A stretch of DNA of 64,000 bases from Eledone cirrhosa (taxonomy: Eukaryota): NCBI GenBank assembly GCA_964016885.1, contig OZ024742.1, positions 346,580,001 through 346,644,000 on the forward strand, read 5' to 3'. Each line of letters starts with the position of its first letter. Position 1 is the first letter of the stretch. The notes below the pieces were generated by a model. It was not told where the DNA came from. It saw only the letters and a list, made by a program, of their open reading frames with translations, and searched no databases. The translations under genes and the position numbers were made by a program. Shown here piece by piece: positions 1 to 14,650 of this stretch.

Positions 1-214
1 AGTCTACATTAAGATACTTGTAATATAAGCCTACATTAAGATACTTGTATTATAAGCCTACATTAAGATACTTGTATTATAAGCCTACATTAAGATACTT
101 GTATTATAAGCCCACATTAAGACACTTGTAATATAAGCCTACATTAAGATACTTGTATTATAAGTCTACATTATGATACTTGTAATATAAGCCCACATTA
201 AGATACTTGTATTA

Positions 215-3200
215 TAAGCCTACATTAAGATACTTGTAATATAAGCCTACATTAAGATACTTGTATCATAAGCCTACATTAAGATACTTGCATTATAAGT
301 CCACATTAAGATACTTGTAATATAAGCCTACATTAAGATACTTGTATTATAAGCCTACATTAAGATACTTATATTATAAGCCTACATTAAGATACTTGTA
401 ATATAATCCCACATTAAGATACTTGTAATATAATCCCACATTAAGATACTTGTTATATAAGCCAACATTAAGATAGTTGTAATATAAGCCTACATTAAGA
501 TACTTGTAATATAATCCAACATTAAGATACTTGTAATATAAGCCTAGGTTAATATACGTGTAATATAAGCCAACATTAAGATACTTGTATTATACGCCTA
601 CATTAAGATACTTGTAATATAAGCCTACACTAAGATACTTGTAATATAAGCCTACATTAAGATACGTGTAATATAAGCCTACATTAAGATACTTGTAATA
701 TAAGCCTTCATTAAGATACATGTATTATAAGCCTTCATTAAGAAACTTGTAATATAAGCCTACATTAAGATACTTGTATTATAAGCCTACATTAAGACAC
801 TTGTATTATAAGCCCACATTAAGATACGTGTAATATAAGCCAACATTAAGATACTTGTAATATAAGCCTAAATTAAGATACTCGTAATATAAGCCTCCAT
901 TAAGATACTTGTATTATAAGCCAACATTAAGATACTTGTATTATAAGCCCACATTAAGATACTTGTAATATAAGCCTTCATTAAGATACTTGTAATATAA
1001 GTCTACATTAAGATACTTGTAATATAAGCCTCCATTAAGATACTTGTATTATAAGCCTGCATTAAGATACTTGTATTATAAACCTACATTAAGATACTTG
1101 TAATATAAGCCTACATTAAGATACTTGTAATATAAGCCAACATTAAGATACTTGTAATATAAGCCAACATTAAGATACTTGTATTATAAGCCTACATTAA
1201 GATGCTTGTAATATAAGCCGACATTAAGATACTTGTAATATATGCGAAATTTAAGATACTTGTAATATAAGCCAACATTAAGATACTTGTAATATAAGCC
1301 TTCATTAAGATACCTGTATTATAAGCCTGCATTAAGATACTTGTAATATAACCCTACATTAAGATACATGTATTATAAGCCTACATTAAGATACTTGTAA
1401 TATAAGCCTAAATTAAGATAGTTGTATTATAAGCATACATTAAGATACTTGTATTATAAGCCTACATTAAGATACTTGTAATATAAGCCAACATTAAGAT
1501 ACTTGTATTATAAGCCTACATTAAGATACTTGTAATATAAGCCTGCATTAAGATACTTGTATTATAAGCCTACATTAAGATACTTGTATTATAATCCCAC
1601 ATTAAGATACTTGTAATATAAGCCTACATTAAGATACTTGTATTATAAGCACACATTCAGATACTTGTATTATAAGCCTACATTAAGATACTTGTAATAT
1701 AAGCCAACATTAAGATACTTGTAATATAAGTCTACATTAAGATACTCGTAATATAAGCCTACATTAAGATGCTTGTAATATAAGCCTACATTAAGATACT
1801 TGTAATATAATCCTACATTAAGATACTTGTAATATAAGCCTACATTAAGATACTCGTAATATAAGCCTACATTAAGATACTTGTATTATAAGCCTACATT
1901 AAGATACTTGTATCATAAGCCTACATTAAGATACTTGCATTATAAGTCCACATTAAGATACTTGTAATATAAGCCTACATTAAGATACTTGTATTATAAG
2001 CCTACATTAAGATACTTATATTATAAGCCTACATTAAGATACTTGTAATATAATCCCACATTAAGATACTTGTAATATAATCCCACATTAAGATACTTGT
2101 TATATAAGCCAACATTAAGATACTTGTAATATAAGCCTACATTAAGATACTTGTAATATAATCCAACATTAAGATACTTGTAATATAAGCCTAGGTTAAT
2201 ATACGTGTAATATAAGCCAACATTAAGATACTTGTATTATACGCCTACATTAAGATACTTGTAATATAAGCCTACACTAAGATACTTGTAATATAAGCCT
2301 ACATTAAGATACGTGTAATATAAGCCTACATTAAGATACTTGTAATATAAGCCTTCATTAAGATACATGTATTATAAGCCTTCATTAAGAAACTTGTAAT
2401 ATAAGCCTACATTAAGATACTTGTATTATAAGCCTACATTAAGACACTTGTATTATAAGCCCACATTAAGATACGTGTAATATAAGCCAACATTAAGATA
2501 CTTGTAATATAAGCCTAAATTAAGATACTCGTAATATAAGCCTCCATTAAGATACTTGTATTATAAGCCAACATTAAGATACTTGTATTATAAGCCCACA
2601 TTAAGATACTTGTAATATAAGCCTTCATTAAGATACTTGTAATATAAGTCTACATTAAGATACTTGTAATATAAGCCTCCATTAAGATACTTGTATTATA
2701 AGCCTGCATTAAGATACTTGTATTATAAGCCTACATTAAGATACTTGTAATATAAGCCTACATTAAGATACTTGTAATATAAGCCAACATTAAGATACTT
2801 GTAATATAAGCCAACATTAAGATACTTGTATTATAAGCCTACATTAAGATGCTTGTAATATAAGCCGACATTAAGATACTTGTAATATATGCGAAATTTA
2901 AGATACTTGTAATATAAGCCAACATTAAGATACTTGTAATATAAGCCTTCATTAAGATACCTGTATTATAAGCCTGCATTAAGATACTTGTAATATAACC
3001 CTACATTAAGATACATGTATTATAAGCCTACATTAAGATACTTGTAATATAAGCCTAAATTAAGATAGTTGTATTATAAGCATACATTAAGATACTTGTA
3101 TTATAAGCCTACATTAAGATACTTGTAATATAAGCCAACATTAAGATACTTGTATTATAAGCCTACATTAAGATACTTGTAATATAAGCCTGCATTAAGA

Positions 3201-3530
3201 TACTTGTATTATAAGCCTACATTAAGATACTTGTATTATAATCCCACATTAAGATACTTGTAATATAAGCCTACATTAAGATACTTGTATTATAAGCACA
3301 CATGCAGATACTTGTATTATAAGCCTACATTAAGATACTTGTAATATAAGCCAACATTAAGATACTTGTAATATAAGTCTACATTAAGATACTCGTAATA
3401 TAAGCCTACATTAAGATGCTTGTAATATAAGCCTACATTAAGATACTTGTAATATAATCCTACATTAAGATACTTGTAATATAAGCCTACATTAAGATAC
3501 TCGTAATATAAGCCTACATTAAGATACTTG
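215..3530. repeat. Tandem duplication of a 61-monomer block (1,647 bp period, two copies)
   Basis: Rare variants recur at +1647 (61x27): tatCata 267/1914, ctaGGtt 547/2194, gcgaaattt 1244/2891, actCgt 1855/3502. Boundaries are approximate. Confidence 0.92.
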
Positions 3531-5815
3531 TATTATAAGCCTACATTAAGATACTTGTAATATAATCCCACATTAAGATACTTGTATTATAAGCCTTCAT
3601 TAAGATACTTGTAATATAAGCCTACATTAAGATACTTGTATTATAAGCCTACATTGAGATACTTGTATTATAAGCACACATTAAGACACTTGTAATATAA
3701 GCCAACATTAAGATACTTGTAATATAAGCCTCCATTAAGATACTTGTATTATAAGCCTACATTAAGATACTTGTAATATAAGCCTACATTAAGATACTTG
3801 TATTATAAGCCTTCATTAAGATACTTGTAATATAAGCCTACATTAAGATACTTGTATTATAAGCCTTCATTGAGATACTTGTATTATAAGCCAACATTAA
3901 GACACTTGTAAAATAAGCCAGCATTAAGATACTTGTAATATGAGCTTACATTAAGATACTCGTAATATAAGCCTACATTAAGATACTTGTAATATAAGCC
4001 AACATTAAGATATTTGTATTATAAGCCTACATTAAGATACTTGTAATATAAGCCTACATTAAGATAATTGTATTATAAGCCTACATTAAGATACTTGTAA
4101 TATAAGCCTAAATTAAGATACTTGTATTATAAGCCGACATTAAGATACTTGTAATATAAGCCAACATTAAGATACTTGTATTATAAGCCTACATTAAGAT
4201 ACTTGGAATATAAGCCTTCATTAAGATACTTGTATTATAAGCCAACATTAAGATACTTGTATTATAATCCCACATTAAGATACTTGTAATATAAGCCTAC
4301 ATTAAGATACTTGTATTATAAGCCCACATTAAAATACTTGTATTATAAGCCCACATTAAGATACTTGTAATATAAGCCTACATTAAGATACTTGTATTAT
4401 AAGCCCACATTAAGATACGTGTAATATAAGCCAACATTAAGATACTTGTAATATAAGCCTAAATTAAGATAGTTGTATTATAAGCATACATTAAGATACT
4501 TGTAATATAAGCCTGCATTAAGATACTTGTATTATAAGCCTACATTAAGATACTTGTATTATAATCCCACATTAAGATACTTGTAATATAAGCCTACATT
4601 AAGATACTTGTATTATAAGCACACATGCAGATACTTGTATTATAAGCCTACATTAAGATACTTGTAATATAAGCCAACATTAAGATACTTGTAATATAAG
4701 TCTACATTAAGATACTCGTAATATAAGCCTACATTAAGATGCTTGTAATATAAGCCTACATTAAGATACTTGTAATATAATCCTACATTAAGATACTTGT
4801 AATATAAGCCTACATTAAGATACTCGTAATATAAGCCTACATTAAGATACTTGTATTATAAGCCTACATTAAGATACTTGTAATATAATCCCACATTAAG
4901 ATACTTGTATTATAAGCCTTCATTAAGATACTTGTAATATAAGCCTACATTAAGATACTTGTATTATAAGCCTACATTGAGATACTTGTATTATAAGCAC
5001 ACATTAAGACACTTGTAATATAAGCCAACATTAAGATACTTGTAATATAAGCCTCCATTAAGATACTTGTATTATAAGCCTACATTAAGATACTTGTAAT
5101 ATAAGCCTACATTAAGATACTTGTATTATAAGCCTTCATTAAGATACTTGTAATATAAGCCTACATTAAGATACTTGTATTATAAGCCTTCATTGAGATA
5201 CTTGTATTATAAGCCAACATTAAGACACTTGTAAAATAAGCCAGCATTAAGATACTTGTAATATGAGCTTACATTAAGATACTCGTAATATAAGCCTACA
5301 TTAAGATACTTGTAATATAAGCCAACATTAAGATATTTGTATTATAAGCCTACATTAAGATACTTGTAATATAAGCCTACATTAAGATAATTGTATTATA
5401 AGCCTACATTAAGATACTTGTAATATAAGCCTAAATTAAGATACTTGTATTATAAGCCGACATTAAGATACTTGTAATATAAGCCAACATTAAGATACTT
5501 GTATTATAAGCCTACATTAAGATACTTGGAATATAAGCCTTCATTAAGATACTTGTATTATAAGCCAACATTAAGATACTTGTATTATAATCCCACATTA
5601 AGATACTTGTAATATAAGCCTACATTAAGATACTTGTATTATAAGCCCACATTAAAATACTTGTATTATAAGCCCACATTAAGATACTTGTAATATAAGC
5701 CTACATTAAGATACTTGTATTATAAGCCCACATTAAGATACGTGTAATATAAGCCAACATTAAGATACTTGTAATATAAGCCTAAATTAAGATAGTTGTA
5801 TTATAAGCATACATT
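3170..5815. repeat. Tandem duplication of a 49-monomer block (1,323 bp period, two copies)
   Basis: The private variants catGCag 3301/4624 and ccaGcatt 3921/5244 (followed by atatGagctt) recur at +1323 (49x27). Boundaries are approximate. Confidence 0.9.
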
Positions 5816-8800
5816 AAGATACTTGTATTATAAGCCGACATTAAGATACTTGTAATATAAGCCAACATTAAGATACTTGTATTATAAGCCTACATTAAGA
5901 TACTTGTAATATAAGCCTCCATTAAGATACTTGTATTATAAGCCTACATTAAGATACTTGTATTATAAGCCCACATTAAGATACTTGTAATATAAGCCAA
6001 CATTAAGATACTTGTATTATAAGCCTACATTAAGATACTTGTAATATAAGCCAACATTAAGATATTTGTATTATAAGCCTACATTAAGATACTTGTAATA
6101 TAAGCCTACATTAAGATAATTGTAATATAAGCCTCCATTAAGATACTTTTATTATAAGCCTACATTAAGATACTTGTATTATAAGCCCACATTAAGATAC
6201 TTGTAATATAAGCCTTCATTAAGATACTTGTAATATAAGTCTACATTAAGATACTTGTAATATAAGCCTACATTAAGATACTTGTATTATAAGCCTACAT
6301 TAAGATACTTGTAATATAAGCCGACATTAAGACACTTGTAATATAAGCGAAAATTAAGATACTTGTAATATAAGCCCACATTAAGATACTTGTAATATAA
6401 GCCTTCATTAAGATACTTGTATTATAAGCCTACATTAAGATACTTGTATTATAAGCCTACATTAAGATACTTGTATTATAAGCCTACATTAAGATACTTG
6501 TAATATAAGCCTAAATTAAGATAGTTGTATTATAAGCATACATTAAGATACTTGTATTATAAGCCGACATTAAGATACTTGTAATATAAGCCAACATTAA
6601 GATACTTGTATTATAAGCCTACATTAAGATACTTGTAATATAAGCCTCCATTAAGATACTTGTATTATAAGCCTACATTAAGATACTTGTATTATAAGCC
6701 CACATTAAGATACTTGTAATATAAGCCAACATTAAGATACTTGTATTATAAGCCTACATTAAGATACTTGTAATATAAGCCTCCATTAAGATACTTGTAT
6801 TATAAGCCTACATTAAGATACTTGTATTATAAGCCCACATTAAGATACTTGTAATATAAGCCTTCATTAAGATACTTGTAATATAAGTCTACATTAAGAT
6901 ACTTGTAATATAAGCCTACATTAAGATACTTGTATTATAAGCCTACATTAAGATACTTGTATTATAAGCCTACATTAAGATACTTGTAATATAAGCCTAC
7001 ATTTAGATACTTGTAATATAAGCTAACATTAAGATACTTGTAATATAAGCCAACATTAAGATACTTGTATTATAAGCCTACATTAAGATACTTGTAATAT
7101 AAGCCTACATTAAGATACTTGTAATATAAGCCTACATTAAGATACGTGTAATATAAGCCTACATTAAGATACTTGTAATATAAGCCTTCATTAAGATACA
7201 TGTATTATAAGCCTTCATTAAGAAACTTGTAATATAAGCCTACATTAAGATACTTGTATTATAAGCCTACATTAAGATACTTGTATTATAAGCCCACATT
7301 AAGACACTTGTAATATAAGCCTACATTAAGATACTTGTATTATAAGTCTACATTATGATACTTGTAATATAAGCCTACATTAAGATACTTGTATTATAAG
7401 CCTACATTAAGATACTTGTAATATAAGCCTACATTAAGATACTTGTATCATAAGCCTACATTAAGATACTTGCATTATAAGTCCACATTAAGATACTTGT
7501 AATATAAGCCTACATTAAGATACTTGTATTATAAGCCTACATTAAGATACTTATATTATAAGCCAACATTAAGATACTTGTAATATAATCCCACATTAAG
7601 ATACTTGTAATATAATCCCACATTAAGATACTTGTTATATAATCCCACATTAAGATACTTGTAATATAAGCCTACATTAAGATACTTGTAATATAATCCA
7701 ACATTAAGATACTTGTAATATAAGCCTAGGTTAATATACGTGTAATATAAGCCAACATTAAGATACTTGTATTATAAGCCTACATTAAGATACTTGTAAT
7801 ATAAGCCTACATTAAGATACTTGTAATATAAGCCTACATTAAGATACGTGTAATATAAGCCTACATTAAGATACTTGTAATATAAGCCTTCATTAAGATA
7901 CATGTATTATAAGCCTTCATTAAGAAACTTGTAATATAAGCCTACATTAAGATACTTGTATTATAAGCCTACATTAAGATACTTGTATTATAAGCCCACA
8001 TTAAGATACGTGTAATATAAGCCAACATTAAGATACTTGTAATATAAGCCTAAATTAAGATACTCGTAATATAAGCCTCCATTAAGATACTTTTATTATA
8101 AGCCTACATTAAGATACTTGTATTATAAGCCCACATTAAGATACTTGTAATATAAGCCTTCATTAAGATACTTGTAATATAAGTCTACATTAAGATACTT
8201 GTAATATAAGCCTACATTAAGATACTTGTATTATAAGCCTACATTAAGATACTTGTAATATAAGCCGACATTAAGACACTTGTAATATAAGCGAAAATTA
8301 AGATACTTGTAATATAAGCCCACATTAAGATACTTGTAATATAAGCCTTCATTAAGATACTTGTATTATAAGCCTACATTAAGATACTTGTAATATAAGC
8401 CTACATTAAGATACTTGTATTATAAGCCTACATTAAGATACTTGTAATATAAGCCTAAATTAAGATAGTTGTATTATAAGCATACATTAAGATACTTGTA
8501 TTATAAGCCGACATTAAGATACTTGTAATATAAGCCAACATTAAGATACTTGTATTATAAGCCTACATTAAGATACTTGTAATATAAGCCTCCATTAATA
8601 TACTTGTATTATAAGCCTACATTAAGATACTTGTATTATAAGCCCACATTAAGATACTTGTAATATAAGCCAACATTAAGATACTTGTATTATAAGCCTA
8701 CATTAAGATACTTGTAATATAAGCCTCCATTAAGATACTTGTATTATAAGCCTACATTAAGATACTTGTATTATAAGCCCACATTAAGATACTTGTAATA

Positions 8801-11719
8801 TAAGCCTTCATTAAGATACTTGTAATATAATTCTACATTAAGATACTTGTATTATAAGCCCACATTAAGATACTTGTAATATAATCCCACATTAAGATAC
8901 TTGTAATATAATCCCACGTTAAGATACGTGTAAAATAAGCCAACATTAAGATACTTGTAATATAAGCCTACATTAAGACACTTGTAATATAAGCCTACAT
9001 TAAGATACTTGTATTATAAGTCTACATTATGATACTTGTAATATAAGCCCACATTAAGATACTTGTATTATAAGCCTACATTAAGATACTTGTAATATAA
9101 GCCTACATTAAGATACTTGTATCATAAGCCTACATTAAGATACTTGCATTATAAGTCCACATTAAGATACTTGTAATATAAGCCTACTTTAAGATACTTG
9201 TATTATAAGCCTACATTAAGATACTTATATTATAAGCCTACATTAAGATACTTGTAATATAATCCCACATTAAGATACTTGTAATATAATCCCACATTAG
9301 GATACTTGTTATATAAGCCAACATTAAGATACTTGTAATATAAGCCTACATTAAGATACTTGTAATATAATCCAACATTAAGATACTTGTAATATAAGCC
9401 TAGGTTAATATACGTGTAATATAAGCCAACATTAAGATACTTGTATTATACGCCTACATTAAGATACTTGTAATATAAGCCTACACTAAGATACTTGTAA
9501 TATAAGCCTACATTAAGATACGTGTAATATAAGCCTACATTAAGATACTTGTAATATAAGCCTTCATTAAGATACATGTATTATAAGCCTTCATTAAGAA
9601 ACTTGTAATATAAGCCTACATTAAGATACTTGTATTATAAGCCTACATTAAGACACTTGTATTATAAGCCCACATTAAGATACGTGTAATATAAGCCAAC
9701 ATTAAGATACTTGTAATATAAGCCTAAATTAAGATACTCGTAATATAAGCCTCCATTAAGATACTTGTATTATAAGCCAACATTAAGATACTTGTATTAT
9801 AAGCCCACATTAAGATACTTGTAATATAAGCCTTCATTAAGATACTTGTAATATAAGTCTACATTAAGATACTTGTAATATAAGCCTCCATTAAGATACT
9901 TGTATTATAAGCCTGCATTAAGATACTTGTATTATAAGCCTACATTAAGATACTTGTAATATAAGCCTACATTAAGATACTTGTAATATAAGCCAACATT
10001 AAGATACTTGTAATATAAGCCAACATTAAGATACTTGTATTATAAGCCTACATTAAGATGCTTGTAATATAAGCCGACATTAAGATACTTGTAATATATG
10101 CGAAATTTAAGATACTTGTAATATAAGCCAACATTAAGATACTTGTAATATAAGCCTTCATTAAGATACCTGTATTATAAGCCTGCATTAAGATACTTGT
10201 AATATAACCCTACATTAAGATACATGTATTATAAGCCTACATTAAGATACTTGTAATATAAGCCTAAATTAAGATAGTTGTATTATAAGCATACATTAAG
10301 ATACTTGTATTATAAGCCTACATTAAGATACTTGTAATATAAGCCAACATTAAGATACTTGTATTATAAGCCTACATTAAGATACTTGTAATATAAGCCT
10401 GCATTAAGATACTTGTATTATAAGCCTACATTAAGATACTTGTATTATAATCCCACATTAAGATACTTGTAATATAAGCCTACATTAAGATACTTGTATT
10501 ATAAGCACACATTCAGATACTTGTATTATAAGCCTACATTAAGATACTTGTAATATAAGCCAACATTAAGATACTTGTAATATAAGTCTACATTAAGATA
10601 CTCGTAATATAAGCCTACATTAAGATGCTTGTAATATAAGCCTACATTAAGATACTTGTAATATAATCCTACATTAAGATACTTGTAATATAAGCCTACA
10701 TTAAGATACTCGTAATATAATCCTACATTAAGATACTTGTATTATAAGCCTACATTAAGATACTTGTAATATAATCCCACATTAAGATACTTGTATTATA
10801 AGCCTTCATTAAGATACTTGTAATATAAGCCTACATTAAGATACTTGTATTATAAGCCTACATTGAGATACTTGTATTATAAGCCCACATTAAGACACTT
10901 GTAATATAAGCCAACATTAAGATACTTGTAATATAAGCCTCCATTAAGATACTTGTATTATAAGCCTACATTAAGATACTTGTAATATAAGCCTACATTA
11001 AGATACTTGTATTATAAGCCTTCATTAAGATACTTGTAATATAAGCCTACATTAAGATACTTGTATTATAAGCCTTCATTGAGATACTTGTATTATAAGC
11101 CAACATTAAGACACTTGTAATATAAGCCTACATTAAGATACTTGTATTATAAGTCTACATTAAGATACTTGTAATATAAGCCGACATTAAGATACTTGTA
11201 TTATAAGCCTACATTAAGATACTTGTAATATAAGCCTACATTAAGATACTTGTATTATAAGCCTACATTAAGATACTTGCATTATAAGCCCACATTAAGA
11301 TACTTGTAATATAAGCCTACATTAAGATACTTGTATTATAATCCTACATTAAGATACTTGTATTATAAGCCCACATTAAGATACTTGTAATATAATCCCA
11401 CATTAAGATACTTGTAATATAATCCCACGTTAAGATACGTGTAAAATAAGCCAACATTAAGATACTTGTAATATAAGCCTACATTAAGATACTCGTAATA
11501 TAAGCCTACATTAAGATACTTGTAATATAAGCCAACATTAAGATACTTGTAATATAAGCCCACATTAAGATACTTGTAATATAACCCAACATTAAGATAC
11601 TTGTATTATAAGCCTACATTAAAATACTTGTAATATAAGCCGACATTAAGATACTTGTAATATAAGCCTTCATTAAGATACTTATAATATAAGCCAACAT
11701 TAAGATATTTGTATTATAA

Positions 11720-14650
11720 GCCTACATTAAGATACTTGTAATATAAGCCTACATTAAGATAATTGTATTATAAGCCTACATTAAGATACTTGTAATATAA
11801 GCCTAAATTAAGATACTTGTATTATAAGCCCACATTAAGATACTTGTAATATAAGCCAACATTAACATACTTGTATTATAAGCCTACATTAAGATACTTG
11901 GAATATAAGCCTACATTAAGATACTTGTATTATAAGCCAATATTAAGATACTTGTATTATAATCCCACATTAAGATACTTGTAATATAAGCTTACATTAA
12001 GATACTTGTATTATAAGCCCACATTAAGATACTTGTATTATAATCCCACATTAAGATACTTGTAATATAAGCCTACATTAAGATACTTGTATTATAAGCC
12101 CACATTAAGATACGTGTAATATAAGCCAACATAAAGATACTTGTAATATAAGCCTAAATTAAGATGCTCGTAATATAAGCCTCCATTAAGATACTTGTAT
12201 TATAAGCCTACATTAAGATACTTGTATTATAAGCCAACATTAAGATACTTGTAATATAAGCCTTCATTAAGATACTTGTAATATAAGTCTACATTAAGAT
12301 ACTTGTAATATAAGCCTACATTAAGATACTTGTATTATAAGCCTACATTAAGATACTTGTATTATAAGCCTATATTAAGATACTTGTAATATAAGCCAAC
12401 ATTAAGATACTTGTAATATAAGCCAACATTAAGATACTTGTATTATAAGCCTACATTAAGATACTTGTAATATAAGCCCACATTAAGATACTTGTAATAT
12501 AAGCCTACATTAAGATACGTGTAATATAAGCCTACATTAAGATACTTGTAATATAAGCCTACATTAAGATACATGTAATATAAGCCTTCATTAAGATACT
12601 TGTAATATAAGCCTACTTTAAGATACTTGTATTATAAGCCTACATTAAATACTTGTATTATAAGCCCACATTAAGACACTTGTAATATACGCCTACATTA
12701 GATACTTGTATTATAAGTCTACATTAAGATACTTGTAATATAAGCCCGCATTAAGATACTTGTATTATAAGCCTAAATTAAGATACTTGTAATATAAGAC
12801 TACATTAAGATACTTGTATTATTACCCTACATTAAGATACTTGCATTATAAGTCCACATTAAGATACTTGTAATATAAGCCTACATTAAGATACTTGTAT
12901 TATAAGCCTACATTAAGATACTTGTATTATAAGCCCACATTAAGATACTTGTAATATAATCTCACATTAAGATACTTGTAATATAATCCCACATTAAGAT
13001 ACTTGTTATATAATCCAACATTAAGATACTTGTAATATAAGCCTACATTAAGATACTTGTAATATAATCCCACATTAAGATACTTGTAATATAAGCCTAG
13101 GTTAAGATACGTGTAATATAAGCCAACATTAAGATACTTGTAATATAAGCCTACATTAAGATACTCGTAATATAAGCCTACATTAAGATACTTGTAATAT
13201 AAGCCTACATTAAGATAATTGTATTATAAGCCTACATTAAGATACTTGTAATATAAGCCTAAATTAAGATACTTGTATTATAAGCCCACATTAAGATACT
13301 TGTAATATAAGCCAACATTAAGATACTTGTATTATAAGCCTACATTAAGATACTTGGAATATAAGCCTACATTAAGATACTTGTATTATAAGCCAATATT
13401 AAGATACTTGTATTATAATCCCACATTAAGATACTTGTAATATAAGCTTACATTAAGATACTTGTATTATAAGCCCACATTAAGATACTTGTATTATAAT
13501 CCCACATTAAGATACTTGTAATATAAGCCTACATTAAGATACTTGTATTATAAGCCCACATTAAGATACGTGTAATATAAGCCAACATTAAGATACTTGT
13601 AATATAAGCCTAAATTAAGATGCTCGTAATATAAGCCTCCATTAAGATACTTGTATTATAAGCCTACATTAAGATACTTGTATTATAAGCCAACATTAAG
13701 ATACTTGTAATATAAGCCTTCATTAAGATACTTGTAATATAAGTCTACATTAAGATACTTGTAATATAAGCCTACATTAAGATACTTGTATTATAAGCCT
13801 ACATTAAGATACTTGTATTATAAGCCTATATTAAGATACTTGTAATATAAGCCAACATTAAGATACTTGTAATATAAGCCAACATTAAGATACTTGTATT
13901 ATAAGCCTACATTAAGATACTTGTAATATAAGCCCACATTAAGATACTTGTAATATAAGCCTACATTAAGATACGTGTAATATAAGCCTACATTAAGATA
14001 CTTGTAATATAAGCCTACATTAAGATACATGTAATATAAGCCTTCATTAAGATACTTGTAATATAAGCCTACTTTAAGATACTTGTATTATAAGCCTACA
14101 TTAAGATACTTGGATTATAAGCCCACATTAAGACACTTGTAATATAAGCCTACATTAGATACTTGTATTATAAGTCTACATTAAGATACTTGTAATATAA
14201 GCCCGCATTAAGATACTTGTATTATAAGCCTAAATTAAGATACTTGTAATATAAGACTACATTAAGATACTTGTATTATTACCCTACATTAAGATACTTG
14301 CATTATAAGTCCACATTAAGATACTTGTAATATAAGCCTACATTAAGATACTTGTATTATAAGCCTACATTAAGATACTTGTATTATAAGCCCACATTAA
14401 GATACTTGTAATATAATCTCACATTAAGATACTTGTAATATAATCCCACATTAAGATACTTGTTATATAATCCAACATTAAGATACTTGTAATATAAGCC
14501 TACATTAAGATACTTGTAATATAATCCCACATTAAGATACTTGTAATATAAGCCTAGGTTAAGATACGTGTAATATAAGCCAACATTAAGATACTTGTAA
14601 TATAAGCCTACATTAAGATACTCGTAATATAAGCCTACATTAAGATACTT
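11720..14650. repeat. Tandem duplication of a 54-monomer block (period 1,456-1,457 bp because of 1-bp deletions)
   Basis: The deletion-bearing monomer tacattagatac (12694/14151) and attaccc (acc at 12824/14281) recur at +1457 (54x27-1). Confidence 0.88.
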
